Shown piece by piece: positions 1-13,395 of a stretch of DNA of 64,000 nt. Below the pieces are notes generated by a model that saw only the letters and a list, made by a program, of their open reading frames with translations, did not search any database and had not been told where the DNA came from. Each line of letters begins with the position of its first letter. Position 1 is the first letter of the stretch. This stretch comes from Octopus sinensis (Eukaryota), in contig NC_043005.1 in NCBI RefSeq assembly GCF_006345805.1, positions 108,004,001 through 108,068,000 of the forward strand, given 5' to 3'. The translations under genes and the position numbers were made by a program.

Positions 1-223
1 GGTGGGGCCGGCCTGTCGCAGGTGAGCTGCAAGATGCATGAGGAAAGAGTGAGAGAAAGTTGTGGCGAAAGAGTCAGCAGAAGTTCGCCATTACCTTCTG
101 CCGGAGCCGCGTGGAGCTTATATGTTTCACTCATAAGTACACACATCGCCCGGTCTGAGATTCGAACCCACGACCCCTTGACCGTGAGTCCGCTGCTCTA
201 ACTACTAGGCCATGTGCCTCCAC
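1..223 (-). mobile_element. tRNA-derived SINE family A, truncated by window edge
   Basis: Minus strand begins GTGGAGGCACATGGCCTAGTAGTTAGAGC (A-box) ... GGGTTCGAATCTC (B-box); body matches copies at 3121, 8511, 15883. Confidence 0.85.
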
Positions 224-396
224 ATCAGCATCAGTCTGAGAAAATATGAGATGGTACTAGGAGCAGAAATTAACCAAGACTTGTCAGTAGACTTATTTCT
301 TGGCTCATTAATGCAAGTATTTCTTACTAAAGCAAGTGTACTATCTATGTCTTTGGAGTTTGGTTCTCTCTAAACCTTCTGGTGGTCAAGCACTGA

Positions 397-608
397 CATC
401 ATCATCATCATCATCATCATCGTTTAACGTCCGCTTTCCATGCTAGCATGGGTTGGACGATTTTGACTGAGGGCTGGCGAACCAGATGGCTGCACAAGGC
501 TCCAATCGTGATTTGGCAGAGTTTCTATGGCTGGCTATGGCTGGATACCCTTCCTAACACCAACCACTCCGAGAGTGTAGTGGGTGCTTTATATGTGCCA
601 CCGGCACA
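397..608 (-). mobile_element. 3' fragment of RTE-associated repeat (family D) with Meta-like domain and (GAT)n tail
   Basis: Plus strand (CAT)n-CGTTTAACGTCCGCTTTCCATGCTAGCATGGGTTGGACG...CCCTTCCTAACACCAACCACTCC; same motif at 15360, 28678, 57240. Confidence 0.8.
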
Positions 609-2120
609 TGATGTGAGGAATAGAATTTGAGAAGAAACAGTCCATTCAGAAAATTATGCATGTGTTTAACATGAGTCTTTCTGATTAAAATTATGTTTAA
701 ACAAGTAGATAGATATATAAATAAATAAAGAAAGAAAGTAAACTGGTCGAAAGGACTTCTAAAAAATAATAAATACGATCTGTTGTTAGAGAGAAAACAG
801 AAGATGTAGTAGATGTGATGCGGGATAGCAAGACATGCTGGGCCTAAAACAAATTAGATGATGAAAGATTGGTACATACAAAGTTATGACATAAAACAGA
901 CCTTGTTAACACTTGATGGTATAGAAAGATAAATGTTAAAACAATGAGAACATTGATGACGATGCTGCTGCTGCTGCTGATGATGATGATAACGATGACA
1001 ATGGCAAGGATAACAATGACGGTGGTGGTGGCAGGGGTGACAGAAGTGCTGGTGGTGGTGGTGGTGGTGGGGTCATTGATATTGATGATGAACAAGGAGG
1101 AAAAGGAGAAAGAAGTGGAAGAATATAATTAAGTTGAGAAAAATGTAAAAAAAAACAACAAACAAAAAAACAAGATTAGCTTTTAGATTATTTATTTAGG
1201 AATCAGAATGAAATTAAAAATAATATTTAAAAAGGAACAAAATGTATGATAGGAATATTGTTTATCGCTTCTGATGGGCTCGGCTTGAAATTCTGTAAAA
1301 AAAATATTTTTTCTTCATTCCATGGCTCCAAAAAATATACTTCTGTTATTACATTTACCAATATTACTATTGCCAAGACTGACCACTTCTTGTCTGCTTA
1401 AAATCTAGAGAGTCTTCATAAAGAGTCACTGTGGCTACCAGCATTTAAGATCTTATAAATAAATTCTACAAAAATATCCTTGTGCTGACTTTAAAACTAT
1501 AAATCATATTTATTTTCAATATCATTTACATTGTTTATATTTTATTAAAAAAAAATGATTAATGGTTAACACACATCTCCTTTACAATATTATTGTTCTT
1601 ACAATTATTATTATTTTTATTATTATTATTTTTATTATTATTATTATTATTACATATATAAGAAAAAGAAAATTCTTCTTCAACTGACTCATTTCATATA
1701 TTATTTTCTGGAAGTTGATTAAATTCTATATTGAGAGTTTCTACATATCAAATATTTGGTATTTGTGAACTAGTTTCTCTCTCTCTTTTCTCTCTCTCTC
1801 TCTCTCTCTCTCGCTCTCTCTGTATATGCATGTGTATGTGTGTGTTCATGTATTTGTGTGTGTTTATGCATGTATGTGTATGTACATATGTGAGATAGGT
1901 CGTGACTGCTTACTGAGAAAAATTGCCACAAACTTAGAAAAAGATCTCGTTACCAGTTTACTACGAAGGAGAGTATGATACATAAAATTTAATTTGATTT
2001 TAGAGTAAGCAGTTTAGATATTTCACTTGATATATATATATATGTGTGTGTCTATACATATGTTTCTATACACACACATATCTATATATATGTACATACA
2101 TACATACATACATATATATA

Positions 2121-2430
2121 TCACCATGATCACCGTGACCGACCAGGCTATCAGATGTTGTTACACATCGCTGGTCACAATGCGCTTCACATTGTTTTAG
2201 CCTTCAAATGACGCCACCCCGCTAGCTAAGCGAGCAGGCCAACAGAAGAAAGAGTGAGAGAAAGTTGTGGTGAAAGAGTACAGCTGGGATCGCCACCACC
2301 CCCTGCTGGAGCCTTGTGGAGCTTTAGGTGTTTTCGCTCAATAAACACTCACAACACCCGGTCTGGGAATCGAAATCACGATCCTACGACCGCGAGTCTG
2401 CTGCCCTAACCACTGGGCCATTGCGCCTCT
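2121..2430 (-). mobile_element. SINE family A variant with a different 3' tail
   Basis: tRNA-like head (GAGGCGCAATGGCCCAGTGGTTAGGGC) and the AAAGAGTGAGAGAAAGTTGTGG core shared with family A; tail 2121-2245 differs. Confidence 0.75.
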
Positions 2431-2436
2431 ACACAT

Positions 2437-2595
<159 letters not shown>

Positions 2596-3120
2596 TGATG
2601 AAGGCATCAAGACATTGAAACAATGCCAAAGCTGACACTGGATCTTGAAGGTTTTTAGACTCCAACAAAATCTATACAATTAGAAATATACTTATTTGAA
2701 ACTTGTCCCAGTTTACCTGTTACTCCCTGTATACACACACACACACACATGTGAGTGTGTGTATTTGAGTGGGATGAGGGTGTAAGCGTATTATTTTAGT
2801 AAATTTCTTTAAAGTTTAATGTAGCAACAGAATTGATAGGGACATCCCAATAGCTAGATTTTTAGCCAAATGTAAGCCTCCATCAAGCAGATCTGTGATC
2901 ACAGACATTTCAGTTGTTACTTTCTTGGATTTACTCTTTGTACACCCCAAAATATATTGTCTTATATACACTTCTTTGATTAAAATGGTAGGATGAAACT
3001 TGAAGATGATTCAGCTGCTAGTTTTAGCAGTTGCATCATCTGTATAGAATCAAGGTTGCTCAAACAATATTATAAACTCTCCCATAAGCAAAGCGCCTTA
3101 ACTACCATATACACACATAG

Positions 3121-3401
3121 TTGTTTGTTCCTTCTCTAGCCACGCCTGGCTCATAAGGGCCAGTTTCCTGGTTTTTTTGGTATATAGGTTCCCCAACTTG
3201 ATGGGATGCTGGTCCGTCGCAGGTGAGCTGCAAGATGCAGGAGTAAAGAGTGAGAGAAAGCTGTGGTGAAAGAGTCAGCAGAAGTTCACCATTACCTTCT
3301 GCCAGAGCTGCATCGAGCTTAGGGGTTTCGCTCATATACACACATCACCTGGTCTGAGATTCAAATCCATGATCCCTCGACCACGAGGCCATGTGCCTCT
3401 G
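3121..3401 (-). mobile_element. SINE family A
   Basis: matches 8511-8813 with a short deletion in the head. Confidence 0.85.
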
Positions 3402-3545
3402 CTATATACACATAGAGTATACATAAATCACCATAGAATTTGAGAACTTCTTGGGCAACTGCCAATTATACCCATTTCTGAAGACAACACTGCATGGATC
3501 TGCCATGTTCACTGTGTGTAATAGATTCCTATATTGGTTTGGTAT

Positions 3546-3709
3546 AGGCACAGGTGTGGCTGTATGGTAAGTAGCTCACTTCCCAACCACATGGTTCCAG
3601 GTTCAGTCCCACTGCTTCGAACCTTGAGCAAGTGCCTTCTACTATAGCCTCAGGTTGACCAAAGCCTTGTGAGAGGATTTGGTAGACATAAACTGAAAGA
3701 AGCCTGTTG

Positions 3710-3775
<66 letters not shown>

Positions 3776-4355
3776 GATAAATCTCAGAGCGAGTTATAAA
3801 CAGTAGCGGTAACACATTGTGATGCATATATGCCATTTGAATATGGCTAACCCATAAGGGTGGATGCTACTGTAGTTTGTAGCCCCAGGAAGATATCTCC
3901 TCCAGCTGGCTATAGACACACTATCTGTGTCCTGTCAGTATTTGTGAAGGGGAGTCATCCTCCCTGTCTTCAACACATGATACACACGATAGGACACAGA
4001 TAGTGTGTCTATAGCCAGCTGGAGGAGATATCTTCCTGGGGCTACAAACTACAGTAGCATCCACCCTTATGGGTTAGCCATATTCAAATGGCATATATGC
4101 ATCACGATATATATATATATTTCTCTGTCTGTCTGTCTGTGTTTGTCTCCCCACCATCGCTTGACAACCAATGCAGGAGAATTTACATCCCACTTGTAAC
4201 TTAGCGGTTTGACAAAGAGATCGATAGAATAAGTACTAAGTATTAGGCTTACAAAGAATAAGTCCTGGGATCAACTTGTTTGACTAAAGGAGGTGCTCCA
4301 GCATAGCCACAGTCAAATGACTGAAACAAGTAAAAGAATAAAAGAATAAAAGAAT
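3546..4355 (+). mobile_element. SINE family B (tRNA-like head, CORE-like CCTTGGGCAAG, internal (TA)n), interrupted by a foldback insert
   Basis: 5' half 3546-3712 and 3' half about 4120-4355 ending CAAATGACTGAAACAAGTAAAAGA. Confidence 0.85.
3772..4107. mobile_element. foldback element (~115-bp inverted repeats), relative of the hammerhead element at 44781-45430
   Basis: 3819-3933 is the reverse complement of 3991-4105; arms share AATATGGCTAACC..TAAGGGTGG..TAGCCCCAGGA..CTCCAGCTGGCT with 44800-44900. Confidence 0.85.
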
Positions 4356-4385
4356 CTCTCTGCATGTGTATTTCAAATTCTCGAT

Positions 4386-5058
4386 CAGTGGTTCTCAACT
4401 GCTTTTTCACTTATGGACCCCTTAGATTTTTTATTTTACTCTATGGGACCCGATAGTCATTTGTTTATGAAAAAAACTCTTTCCGTATTTTTATAATTAA
4501 ATAATATCAAGAATTGTATAAAAATATCACAATATCTTTGTGTATTGTGTAACCAGTTTAGGTGCAGGAGTGGCCGTGTGGTAAGTAGCTTGCTTACCAA
4601 CCACATGGTTCCAGGTTCAGTTCCACTGAGTGGCACCTTGGGCAGGTGTCTTCTACTATAGCCTCGAGCCGACCAAAGCCTTGTGAGTGGATTTGGTAGA
4701 CGGAAACTGAAAGAAGCCCATCGTATATATGTATATATATATATATGTGTGTGCGTGTATGTTTGTGTGCCTGTGTTTGTCCCCCTAGCATTGCTTGACA
4801 ACCAATGCTGGTGTGTTTACGTCCCCGTCACCTAGCAGTTCAGCAAAAGAGGCCAATAGAATAAGTACTGGGCTTACAAAGAATAAGTCCCGGGGTCGAG
4901 TTGCTCGATTAAAGGCGGTGCTCCAGCATGGCCGCAGTCAAATGACTGAAACAAGTAAAAGAGTAAAAGAGAGTAAAGAGTTTATTATGCATAAATTTTA
5001 ACAGCAGAATCTAATATGGAATCTTAAGGGCCATATGGACCCTAGCTGAGAAACATTG
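4386..5058. mobile_element. hAT-like MITE with a nested SINE B
   Basis: Ends CAGTGGTTCTCAACT / AGCTGAGAAACATTG; near-identical 8-bp flanks TTCTCGAT / TTCTAGAT. Confidence 0.7.
4560..4980 (+). mobile_element. SINE family B, full length
   Basis: AGGTGCAGGAGTGGCCGTGTGGTAAG ... GACTGAAACAAGTAAAAGAG. Confidence 0.9.
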
Positions 5059-5454
5059 TTCTAGATTGACAATTAGGAGAAGATTATCAAGAACAAGATA
5101 TTTTTGCTGGTTGATCATTATTTTTAAATAAGCAATCACAGATTATTGCTTATTGCACTACAATACAGCAACCAAAACAAAACTCGAGGAACAGCATTAG
5201 TTGACTGCATTAAAATTTCCATAGCAGTGGGTGTTGCCTTGCTAGTTATTTGATAGCCTTGATCATGAAGGTACAAAAATAAAGTACCCAGTACACTCTG
5301 TAAGGGTATTGGTTTTCTGAAAAGCATTCAGCCATGCCAGTGCAGACACGGGACCTCTGCAGTGTTGAATCCTGTTGAACCATTCAATCCATTTCAGCAT
5401 GGAAGATGGAGCTTAAATAACGATGATAAATATTTGAGTCTATATTTACAGATT

Positions 5455-5498
<44 letters not shown>

Positions 5499-6180
5499 AA
5501 CACAAACACAAATGTGCATGTGTGTATGTTTGTGTGCGTGCGTCTGTTTATATATATATGTGTGTGTGCTTTCTTTTCTTTCTTACATATACTGCAATTG
5601 TTGCTTCTGGCTTAATTTTGTTCTTAATATTATTGCTTTTAAGATTGTTATTGTTTTGTTTTATATTTAGAATATGTGCAATTTGATTATTGGAAAACAT
5701 AAATATGTATACACTCATCTATACAGACGTATAAACACATAGACATAAATATTGTTTTTGTTTGACCAATTTTGTGTTGTGGGTAAGGTTTATTTATAGA
5801 AGAAAAACTTTGGTGTCTTTATCACATTATAAAACTATTTCATATCTTTGCTTGTTAACGTTTGATACTAATCAGACTTCAACTATTTTACAATAAATTT
5901 TTATGATTTCTATACAGTGTATATCTATGTCTGTCAGTGCATATATAAATGCAATTATGTGTATGTATATGAGAGTGTGTGTATGTGTGTGCATGTGTGT
6001 GTACATGTACATGCATGTGTGTGCTTGTGTTTCAGTGTCTATAAATATCACTTGTTCTTGTTTTCTTTCAAAGTAAAATCTATCTTATCAGTTGTCCATA
6101 AAACAAAACTGGGAAAACAAATTTCTGCGCAAAATGGTAATTAAGATTAAAAAATGAGAAAACATAATGAACATATATAC

Positions 6181-6595
6181 TCTTACTCTTTTTACTCTTT
6201 TACTTGTTTCAGTCATTTGACTGCAGCCATGCTGGAGCATCACCTTTAATCGAGGAAATCGACCACAGGACTTATTCTTTGCAAGCCTAGTACTTATTCT
6301 ATCGGTCTCTTTTGCCAAACTGCTAAGTTACAGGGACATAAACACACCAGCATTGGTTGTCAAGCAATGTTAGGGGGACAAACACAGATACACAAACACA
6401 TACACACACACATATATATATACATATATACGACGGGCTTCTTTCAGTCTCCGTCTACCAAATCCACTCACAAGGCTTTGGTCGGCCCAAGGCTATAGTA
6501 GAAGACACTTTCCCAAGGTGCCATGCAGTGGGAGTGAACCCGGAACCATGTTGTTCGGAAGCAAGCTACTTACCACACAGCCACTCCTGCGCCTA
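6181..6595 (-). mobile_element. SINE family B, full length
   Basis: reverse complement of the family B consensus. Confidence 0.9.
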
Positions 6596-6840
6596 TATAA
6601 TAAATAATTTTACAGCAACAACAGTTATGAACTACCATTTCACATTTGTCTTTTTTTATCCTCTTTTTTTCTCCCTCTCTCTCTCTCCCTTTGCGCCTCT
6701 GAGTGTGTGTGTGTGTGTGTATAGTCAAGTACATATACGTTTGTGTACATATATAAACATATATATCTGCATGTGTGTAACATGTCTGAATATGTATGTG
6801 TGTATATGTGTATGTTTGTATCATGTATGTGTGTGCTTAT

Positions 6841-6874
<34 letters not shown>

Positions 6875-6955
6875 ATATATTTATACAGGTAACCCCTGCA
6901 TTATGTCTACCCAGGTTATGGGTTTTTATGATCAAGTATATTATAAAATCTAAAT

Positions 6956-7373
6956 AGGCGCAGGAGTGGCTGTGTGGTAAGTAGCTTGCTAACCAACCAC
7001 ATGTTTCCGGGTTCAGTCCCACTGCATGGCATCTTGGGCAAGTGTCTTCTGCTATAGCCCCGGGCCGACCAATGCCTTGTGAGTGGATTTGGTAGACGGA
7101 AACTGAAAGAAGCCCGTCGTATATATGTATATATATATATGTATGTGTGTGTGTGTGTTTGTGTGTCTGTGTTTGTCCCCCTAGCATTGCTTGACAACTG
7201 ATGCTGGTGTGTTTATGTCCCCGTCACCTAGCGGTTCGGCAAAAGAGACCGATAGAATAAGTACTGGACTTACAAAGAATAAATCCCGGGGCCGAGTTGC
7301 TCGATTAAAGGCGGTGCTCCAGCATGGCCGCAGTCAAATGACTGAAACAAGTAAAAGAGTAAAGAGTAAAGAG
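6956..7373 (+). mobile_element. SINE family B, full length
   Basis: family B consensus; shares diagnostic variants with 22370-22781. Confidence 0.9.
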
Positions 7374-8510
7374 TATTTTCAGATAGGGTCTATAATTTCT
7401 GCCTTTTTAAAGCTCAAATAACTTTAACCATTTAAAATCAACACTTTCTTTGTATCTAAAAGACTATTTCTGATTGTTTTAGATCAAAGTATATTCAACA
7501 ATTTGAAATAAATCTGTAATCTTGGCACATACATATACATAAATATATTTATATACATGTGTGTGTGTGTCTTTGTATATCTTCCTGGGTCACAATGTCT
7601 ATCTATCTTTCTACCTATCTACGTATTTGTGTGTGTGTGGTGTGAATGTAATAAATCAGGCTTCACCGCCACAGTTAATTATCATTAAGACCAAATGATA
7701 ATTTGGTGTTAATACAATCATTGCCATTACCATCCCACCAACTCCTTAACGAATAACAACTGCAATAAGATAAGCAATTTCATCTAAAATAAAAGACAAT
7801 AACACGAAATAATGGGTACTCTGGTGTATTTTAAAAGTTGAATTAAATCCCTTTGATCTGAGATCAATGAGGATTGACTTAAGACTCACAGCAACAACAA
7901 TACGCTTAGCAAGACCAATAGGAACACTGTCATCACTTACAATATTTCCCATCATCGCCACCACCATCAGCAACACCACCATCGCCTCTACCACCAACAC
8001 CATTACCTAATCAGCTTTTGAGTAACCTACTGGTTTCAACATTAACAGTATCAGAATCATTGCACTGTCTGTTGCAAATGGAGTGTAACTGTGCGAATGA
8101 AAGAGAGAGAGGGGGATGGAGTGTGAGCGAAGGGTATGATGTTTTTATGGCTTAAGCATAGCTGTAAGGGGTGAAGTGCTCATTAATTTGTTAACCCTAC
8201 AAATACAAATAATCAGACAGTATTTTATCCACTTTACTCATTCACTCTTTCATTTGCTCAAATTTACTCTTACACCCATAAGAATGTGACAATTTCTTAT
8301 TAATTGATAAGAAATCCAGCTAGTTGTTCTAAATGACATGCACAAAATATATTGGGCACATGTATATACACAAAAATGTATATGCTGATAATATATACCC
8401 ACTTAGGTGTCTAAAAAAATAGAACCTTAGACATACACACAACGGAAAGATAGAACTGCATAAGTGTCAATAAACTTAAACATACCCACAAAATACATAC
8501 ACCAACGTTA

Positions 8511-8813
8511 TTTTCTTTCCTTCTCGAGCCATGCCTGGCTCATAAGAGCCAGTTTCCCGGTTTCCTTTGTGTATAGGTTCCCCACCTGGACAGGATGCTG
8601 GTCCGTCGCAGGTGAGTTGCAAGATGCAGGAGGAAAGAGTGAGAAAAAGTTCTGGTGAAAGAGTCAGCAGAAGTTCACCGTTACCTTCTGCTGGAGCTGC
8701 GTAGAGCTTAGGTGTTTCGCTCATAAACACACACATCGCCTGGTCTGAGATTCGAACCTGTGATCCCTCGACTGTGAGTCTGCTGCTCTAACCACTAGGC
8801 CATGTGCCTCCAC
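8511..8813 (-). mobile_element. SINE family A, full length
   Basis: A/B-box head at the 8813 end; flanked by CCAACGT direct repeat. Confidence 0.9.
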
Positions 8814-8899
8814 TCCAACGTAATTTAGGGTTGTGTGTATACTCATACATAACCACAATTCTCATTTTTTAAATCGGCACAGCAAATGGAATTGGAGGG

Positions 8900-10130
8900 C
8901 ATTTATATTTTATTGTATCAGAATTTTCTAAATATCTCAGGTGTTCTACATAGACTGAATCACTTTTCTCAATTAGTAACTGCAATAAGATAGAAATAGA
9001 AGTACTAAGAAGAAATTAAGAAACTTTTTCCATAAAATTAGCTTTCCAATCTCTTTAGAGAAAAGTTTAAATTTGCTAACTTACAGGACATTACATGAGA
9101 ATTAAATACTTATCTATGTTATCTATTTTACAAACCCAACAGGAATCTAAATTATGTCAGCAGATTTTCCAATCATCCAAATGCTATAACTAGTTCCATT
9201 ATTAAAGGTGTTCCAAATAGAATAAATTATCTGCCATTTAGAAGACTTTTAGAATGCATGCAAACTATTATGATAAGGAACTGAGTAAAACTGAATACAA
9301 AGAAACTGTGTCCCAGACATAGATACTTTATAAATTAAAACAGATATACATAATAGATGATTAAATGTACATCACTATGATAATGAAAATAGAAATTAAA
9401 AAGTTAGAAGGTGAATAAATATACTTCATCCAGTACTAGTACAAATTATAAAGACACAATTGTTACACTTAATTCTGTATTTGATAATATAAATGCATGT
9501 GAAATTAATATCCATAATTTTTCAAGGCAGTGCCCCAGCATTGCAGACAAATGACTGAATCAAGTAAAAGATAAAAGATAAAAGATATAGTAAAATGTCT
9601 AATAATTTTAATGACAATGTAAAATGTAAGGCTTTACATAAACCTACACTTTTCTGATATAAATAAACATACTAATAATAAATCATCTTACGAGAATTCC
9701 CAGAAAGATGAAGTAGATGAACCTCCTGGTAGATAAAATAATCATACCTTTCCCTACTCTTTAAATACCCTGCCTAGGAATGTTAATAATCAATTGTGTA
9801 AGAGAGATATTGTGGTATAATCCTCCTTGTGCAATACACTTAATCATTTAAATATTAAAAGCATTTTCCATGGTGTTGGAACAGAATTTCCCAACTTCTT
9901 GTAATTATTTATAAGAAGACTTTCAATAAGCACACTATTAAAATTTCTTACTCCACCACACCTAACTTAACTGACAATATTGCTGCCATTAACCATAGAA
10001 AAGTGAAGTTGTTCCACATCAATGATAATGTAGGTTCATACAATAACTGAGTTTGTAATTCTTTGTGTAAAAACCTGTGCTTTGACATGACTAAAGCTAA
10101 AGAAATATACCTGAAAATGTTGGTAATGGT
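8900..10130 (+). pseudogene. decayed Penelope-like element reverse transcriptase (C-terminal half)
   Basis: Broken frames give YKPNRNLNYVSRFSNHPN, REILWYNPP, TIKISYSTTPNL, resembling PLE motifs KPN..YI...SNHP, IIWFNPP, NTIKISYSC.PN. Confidence 0.65.
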
Positions 10131-10289
10131 TAGAAAAATAATGGTTTAATTCATTTAGTAGTCATAGCACCAACAATAATTGTACTAGCATCATTAGGAA
10201 AAAATATACATCCTCAAAATATATTTCTGATATAAGCAAATAGTGTAAATCTAGGAAGCAAATTCAATATCCATTAGATAATAGATGTG

Positions 10290-11322
10290 TAATTAAGAAA
10301 TAATCATACGTGCACAAATCAGGGGACCAAGGAGGCTTAGGAATGTCAGCAAGCCTGGAAATGAGGTGGTCATCAAAGACAAGGCAAAGAACGTCCATTG
10401 ATGCTCTGGCTGTGTGGGCCATTGCCCCATCCTGCTGAAACTACACATGTTGAATAGGCATCCATTTTTGTCATAATTCAGGCTCAAAGAAATTGCTTAT
10501 CCTCTCGATGTAACACTCGGAGTTCACAGTAACAGCATTTCCATTATTGTCTCCGAAAATGTAAGAACTAATGGTGGCAGCTTTTCCAACAGCACACCAG
10601 AAGATCTCTTTTGGGCTGTGCAGTAGTCTTTCATGCAGTTCTCTCAGATTTTCAAGAGCTCAATTACAACAGTTCTGTTGATTCACCAAGCTATTGAGAT
10701 GAAAATGAGCTTCATCACTCATTAACAAAATGAGGTTGTCATTAACCTCAAAAATTGCTTACATCTGACGTGCAAAGTTAAGCTGCTGTGCATAGTCCCA
10801 TGGTTTCAACTGTTGCCCAATGACCAATTTGCAAGGGTGGAAATGCAGGTCTTCATGCACAATACGTCTTACCAATCAATTACCAATGCCAAGTTCAGTG
10901 GAATGCCTTTGAGCAGAACTATTCAGACTCCTTATCAAAGGTTGTCAGATGTGTTCCACATTTTCCAGGGTCAATACCATTTGTGGCACCCTCACCAGTC
11001 TCCTATTCCTTAGTGTAGCTCATGTACGAAGTGCACTCACCCAACGTACGAGTGGGAACTGCCTGATTTCCAGGATCGTTGAAGCGGTGCCGAAACTCAC
11101 ATTGAACTGCTGTGTCAGACTTGTTATTCTTCATGTAACTACCATAGGCAGACACGATATACTCTATCATCCACAACTCCGTAGCTTCCCCTGAAAACTA
11201 AAAAAAGGAAATGCTAAGACACCACAGACCAAATGGTACCTGTTAGACATATGCCCCCACCCCCACTGCCGGGGCTGAGTAATAGCCCTTTCAAAATCTT
11301 CTGTTCTCTCTGCCCCACCCTA
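10290..11322 (-). pseudogene. decayed Tc1/mariner-superfamily transposase (DD41D/rosa-like, DUF4817-type N-terminus)
   Basis: Minus-strand motifs MSDEAHFHLNSLVNQQN, FQQDGAMAHTARASM, PPWSPDLCTYDYFL; TIR-like TAGGGTGGGGCAGAG next to TA at ~11322. Confidence 0.8.
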
Positions 11323-11678
11323 TATGTACCAACTATACCATTGATACATACATGAATTTACAGGGTACTTTTTAATTTTGCATGAAGTGCTGTACAGACT
11401 AGTTGAAAGAACCGGAATATTTGCTTTATGTCACCTTAACTTAGCATTCCAGCAATAAGAGATCGATAGAAGTGCCAAATTTAAAAATAAGAACTAGGGT
11501 CCCCTTGTCTGACTAAGACCCTCAACAAGGCAGTACCCCAAATATTTACATTTATTAGTTTATGTATTGTATATAACAGCTGGCATCTTGCATTTTTCAT
11601 TCTGTTTCTCCTGTCTATATATACATGTGTTCGTATCGTGTGATGTAGCGTAGTGTGGCATGCGAGTGCGTGTGTGTG

Positions 11679-11710
<32 letters not shown>

Positions 11711-13010
11711 ATAAATGAGTTATTGTCCAACAGTTGGCTTCGACACTTTCTGTGTAATTATATCATAGGTACACCAAGCATCGTGCATATAAAGAAACCT
11801 TTCATGTGCTTACAGAAAGAAATAAAAGTTAATCGATAAGTCTTGTTTTTTTAGAAATGTAACTAAGATATTATATGAAGTTGAAAGGATTTTACACAGG
11901 CAAATTATTAATAAGAGAGCTCAAAAATATAAGAGCACTAGTCTACAGATATACAGTTTATGAATATTAAGTGGCTATGGCCTTATCAAAAATGTTTAAA
12001 ATTGATGAAAGATTAGCGATATTATCAAAATGCTAGACATTAATTATTATAATAGTTAATCTGAAATCCAACTGGAAATACAGGCTAATCCATCCTGTGT
12101 AATCTGAAATCGTATTAATCAGTAAAGTAAATACTTAACAAGATTAATATTAATATTAGAACAGCCCCTAACATCCAGGAGTGATTTTAGAATAAGTTTG
12201 AAAAAATCATTTAAAATCACTTAAACATAATTTGACTACTTTAACATAATATAACATAGTTTGTACTTTCTCTATTTCTGCAGTTTTCAGAGCTCTAAAG
12301 TTTACAGGCTTACGTTTTAATATAATCCTTTCTACTCAAGGTGCAAGGCCTGAAATTTGAGGGGGTGATGGGGCTAGTCGAGTACATCGGTCCTAGAGAG
12401 TAACTTGCACTTATTTTCATTGATTCCAAAATTAATCAAACTATATTTCGTTTTTGGATTTGGTTTGCAAGATTCTTTATATGAGTTCGTGTGTTGAAGC
12501 ATATTGAAAAGGCTGCAAGACACAACGAAAATTTTAGGAAAATAAAAGCAAAATAAGAAAAAAGTGGAAATTTTACCGGTGTGTGTGTTATATAAGGCAC
12601 AAAAAGAAAAGGACTCTCCCCAGACACGACAGAATAAATCAAACTAGCTAGATAGATATCCTATAACTATTTGTATTTATAAATTATTTTTTATTATTAT
12701 TATAGTTTTGATTAAATCACATCTCTTTTCCTAACATCGAATCTGTCATACACAGGAATTTAAATCCTTCAGTTGAAATTTTGAATTACCTCTTCTGCAT
12801 CTCACAAAAATATCCATAATATACCAAGCTTTTCCAATAACTGTCAATTTATTTCGTATCACAGAAAAGATGTTCTCAAAAACATGATGGGCGTTTTTAT
12901 TAACTGTGATACAAACGCATGAAGCTATAAAGAAAAATTACTGTTCAGTGTTGTTGAGGACAAACTCCCCTGTTAAATAAACCATCATATGAAACTGATT
13001 TTATATTAAA

Positions 13011-13395
13011 CTAGCAGTATCGCCCGGCGTTGCTCGGGTTTGTAAGGGAAATAACTATATAAGCATTTTTAGAGAGTTATAGCCAAAAAATGCATTAAAA
13101 ATGGAAAAAGAATGATGGTAATTTTTTTTTTAAATCGTTGACTCATCGTAGACATTTTTAGAGAGTTACTTCTCTTATATAATAGCGAAAAAATGCATTA
13201 AAATCGAAAAAATGATGGTAAATTTTTTTTAAATCGTAGACTCATCGTAGACGCACGCTAATACCCAGAAGGGCTCGATATGAATCACGACTATAAGATA
13301 CCCGGTTTTGGTTAAACTGCACCGCAAAATGTGGGAGTAGTTAGGAATCTAAATCGTAGGAGACAGACACACAACTTGACTTTTATATATAAAGA
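13011..13395 (-). mobile_element. non-autonomous Helitron
   Basis: Minus strand A|TCTTTATATATAAAA ... CCCGAGCAACGCCGGG hairpin ... CTAG|T; inserted between A and T with no TSD. Confidence 0.85.

Noticed and set aside
4457-7421. Recurrent short ORFs (MSSNARGTNT.., MTTDAGVF..) resembling a gene family
   Set aside because: Read-through of SINE family B copies
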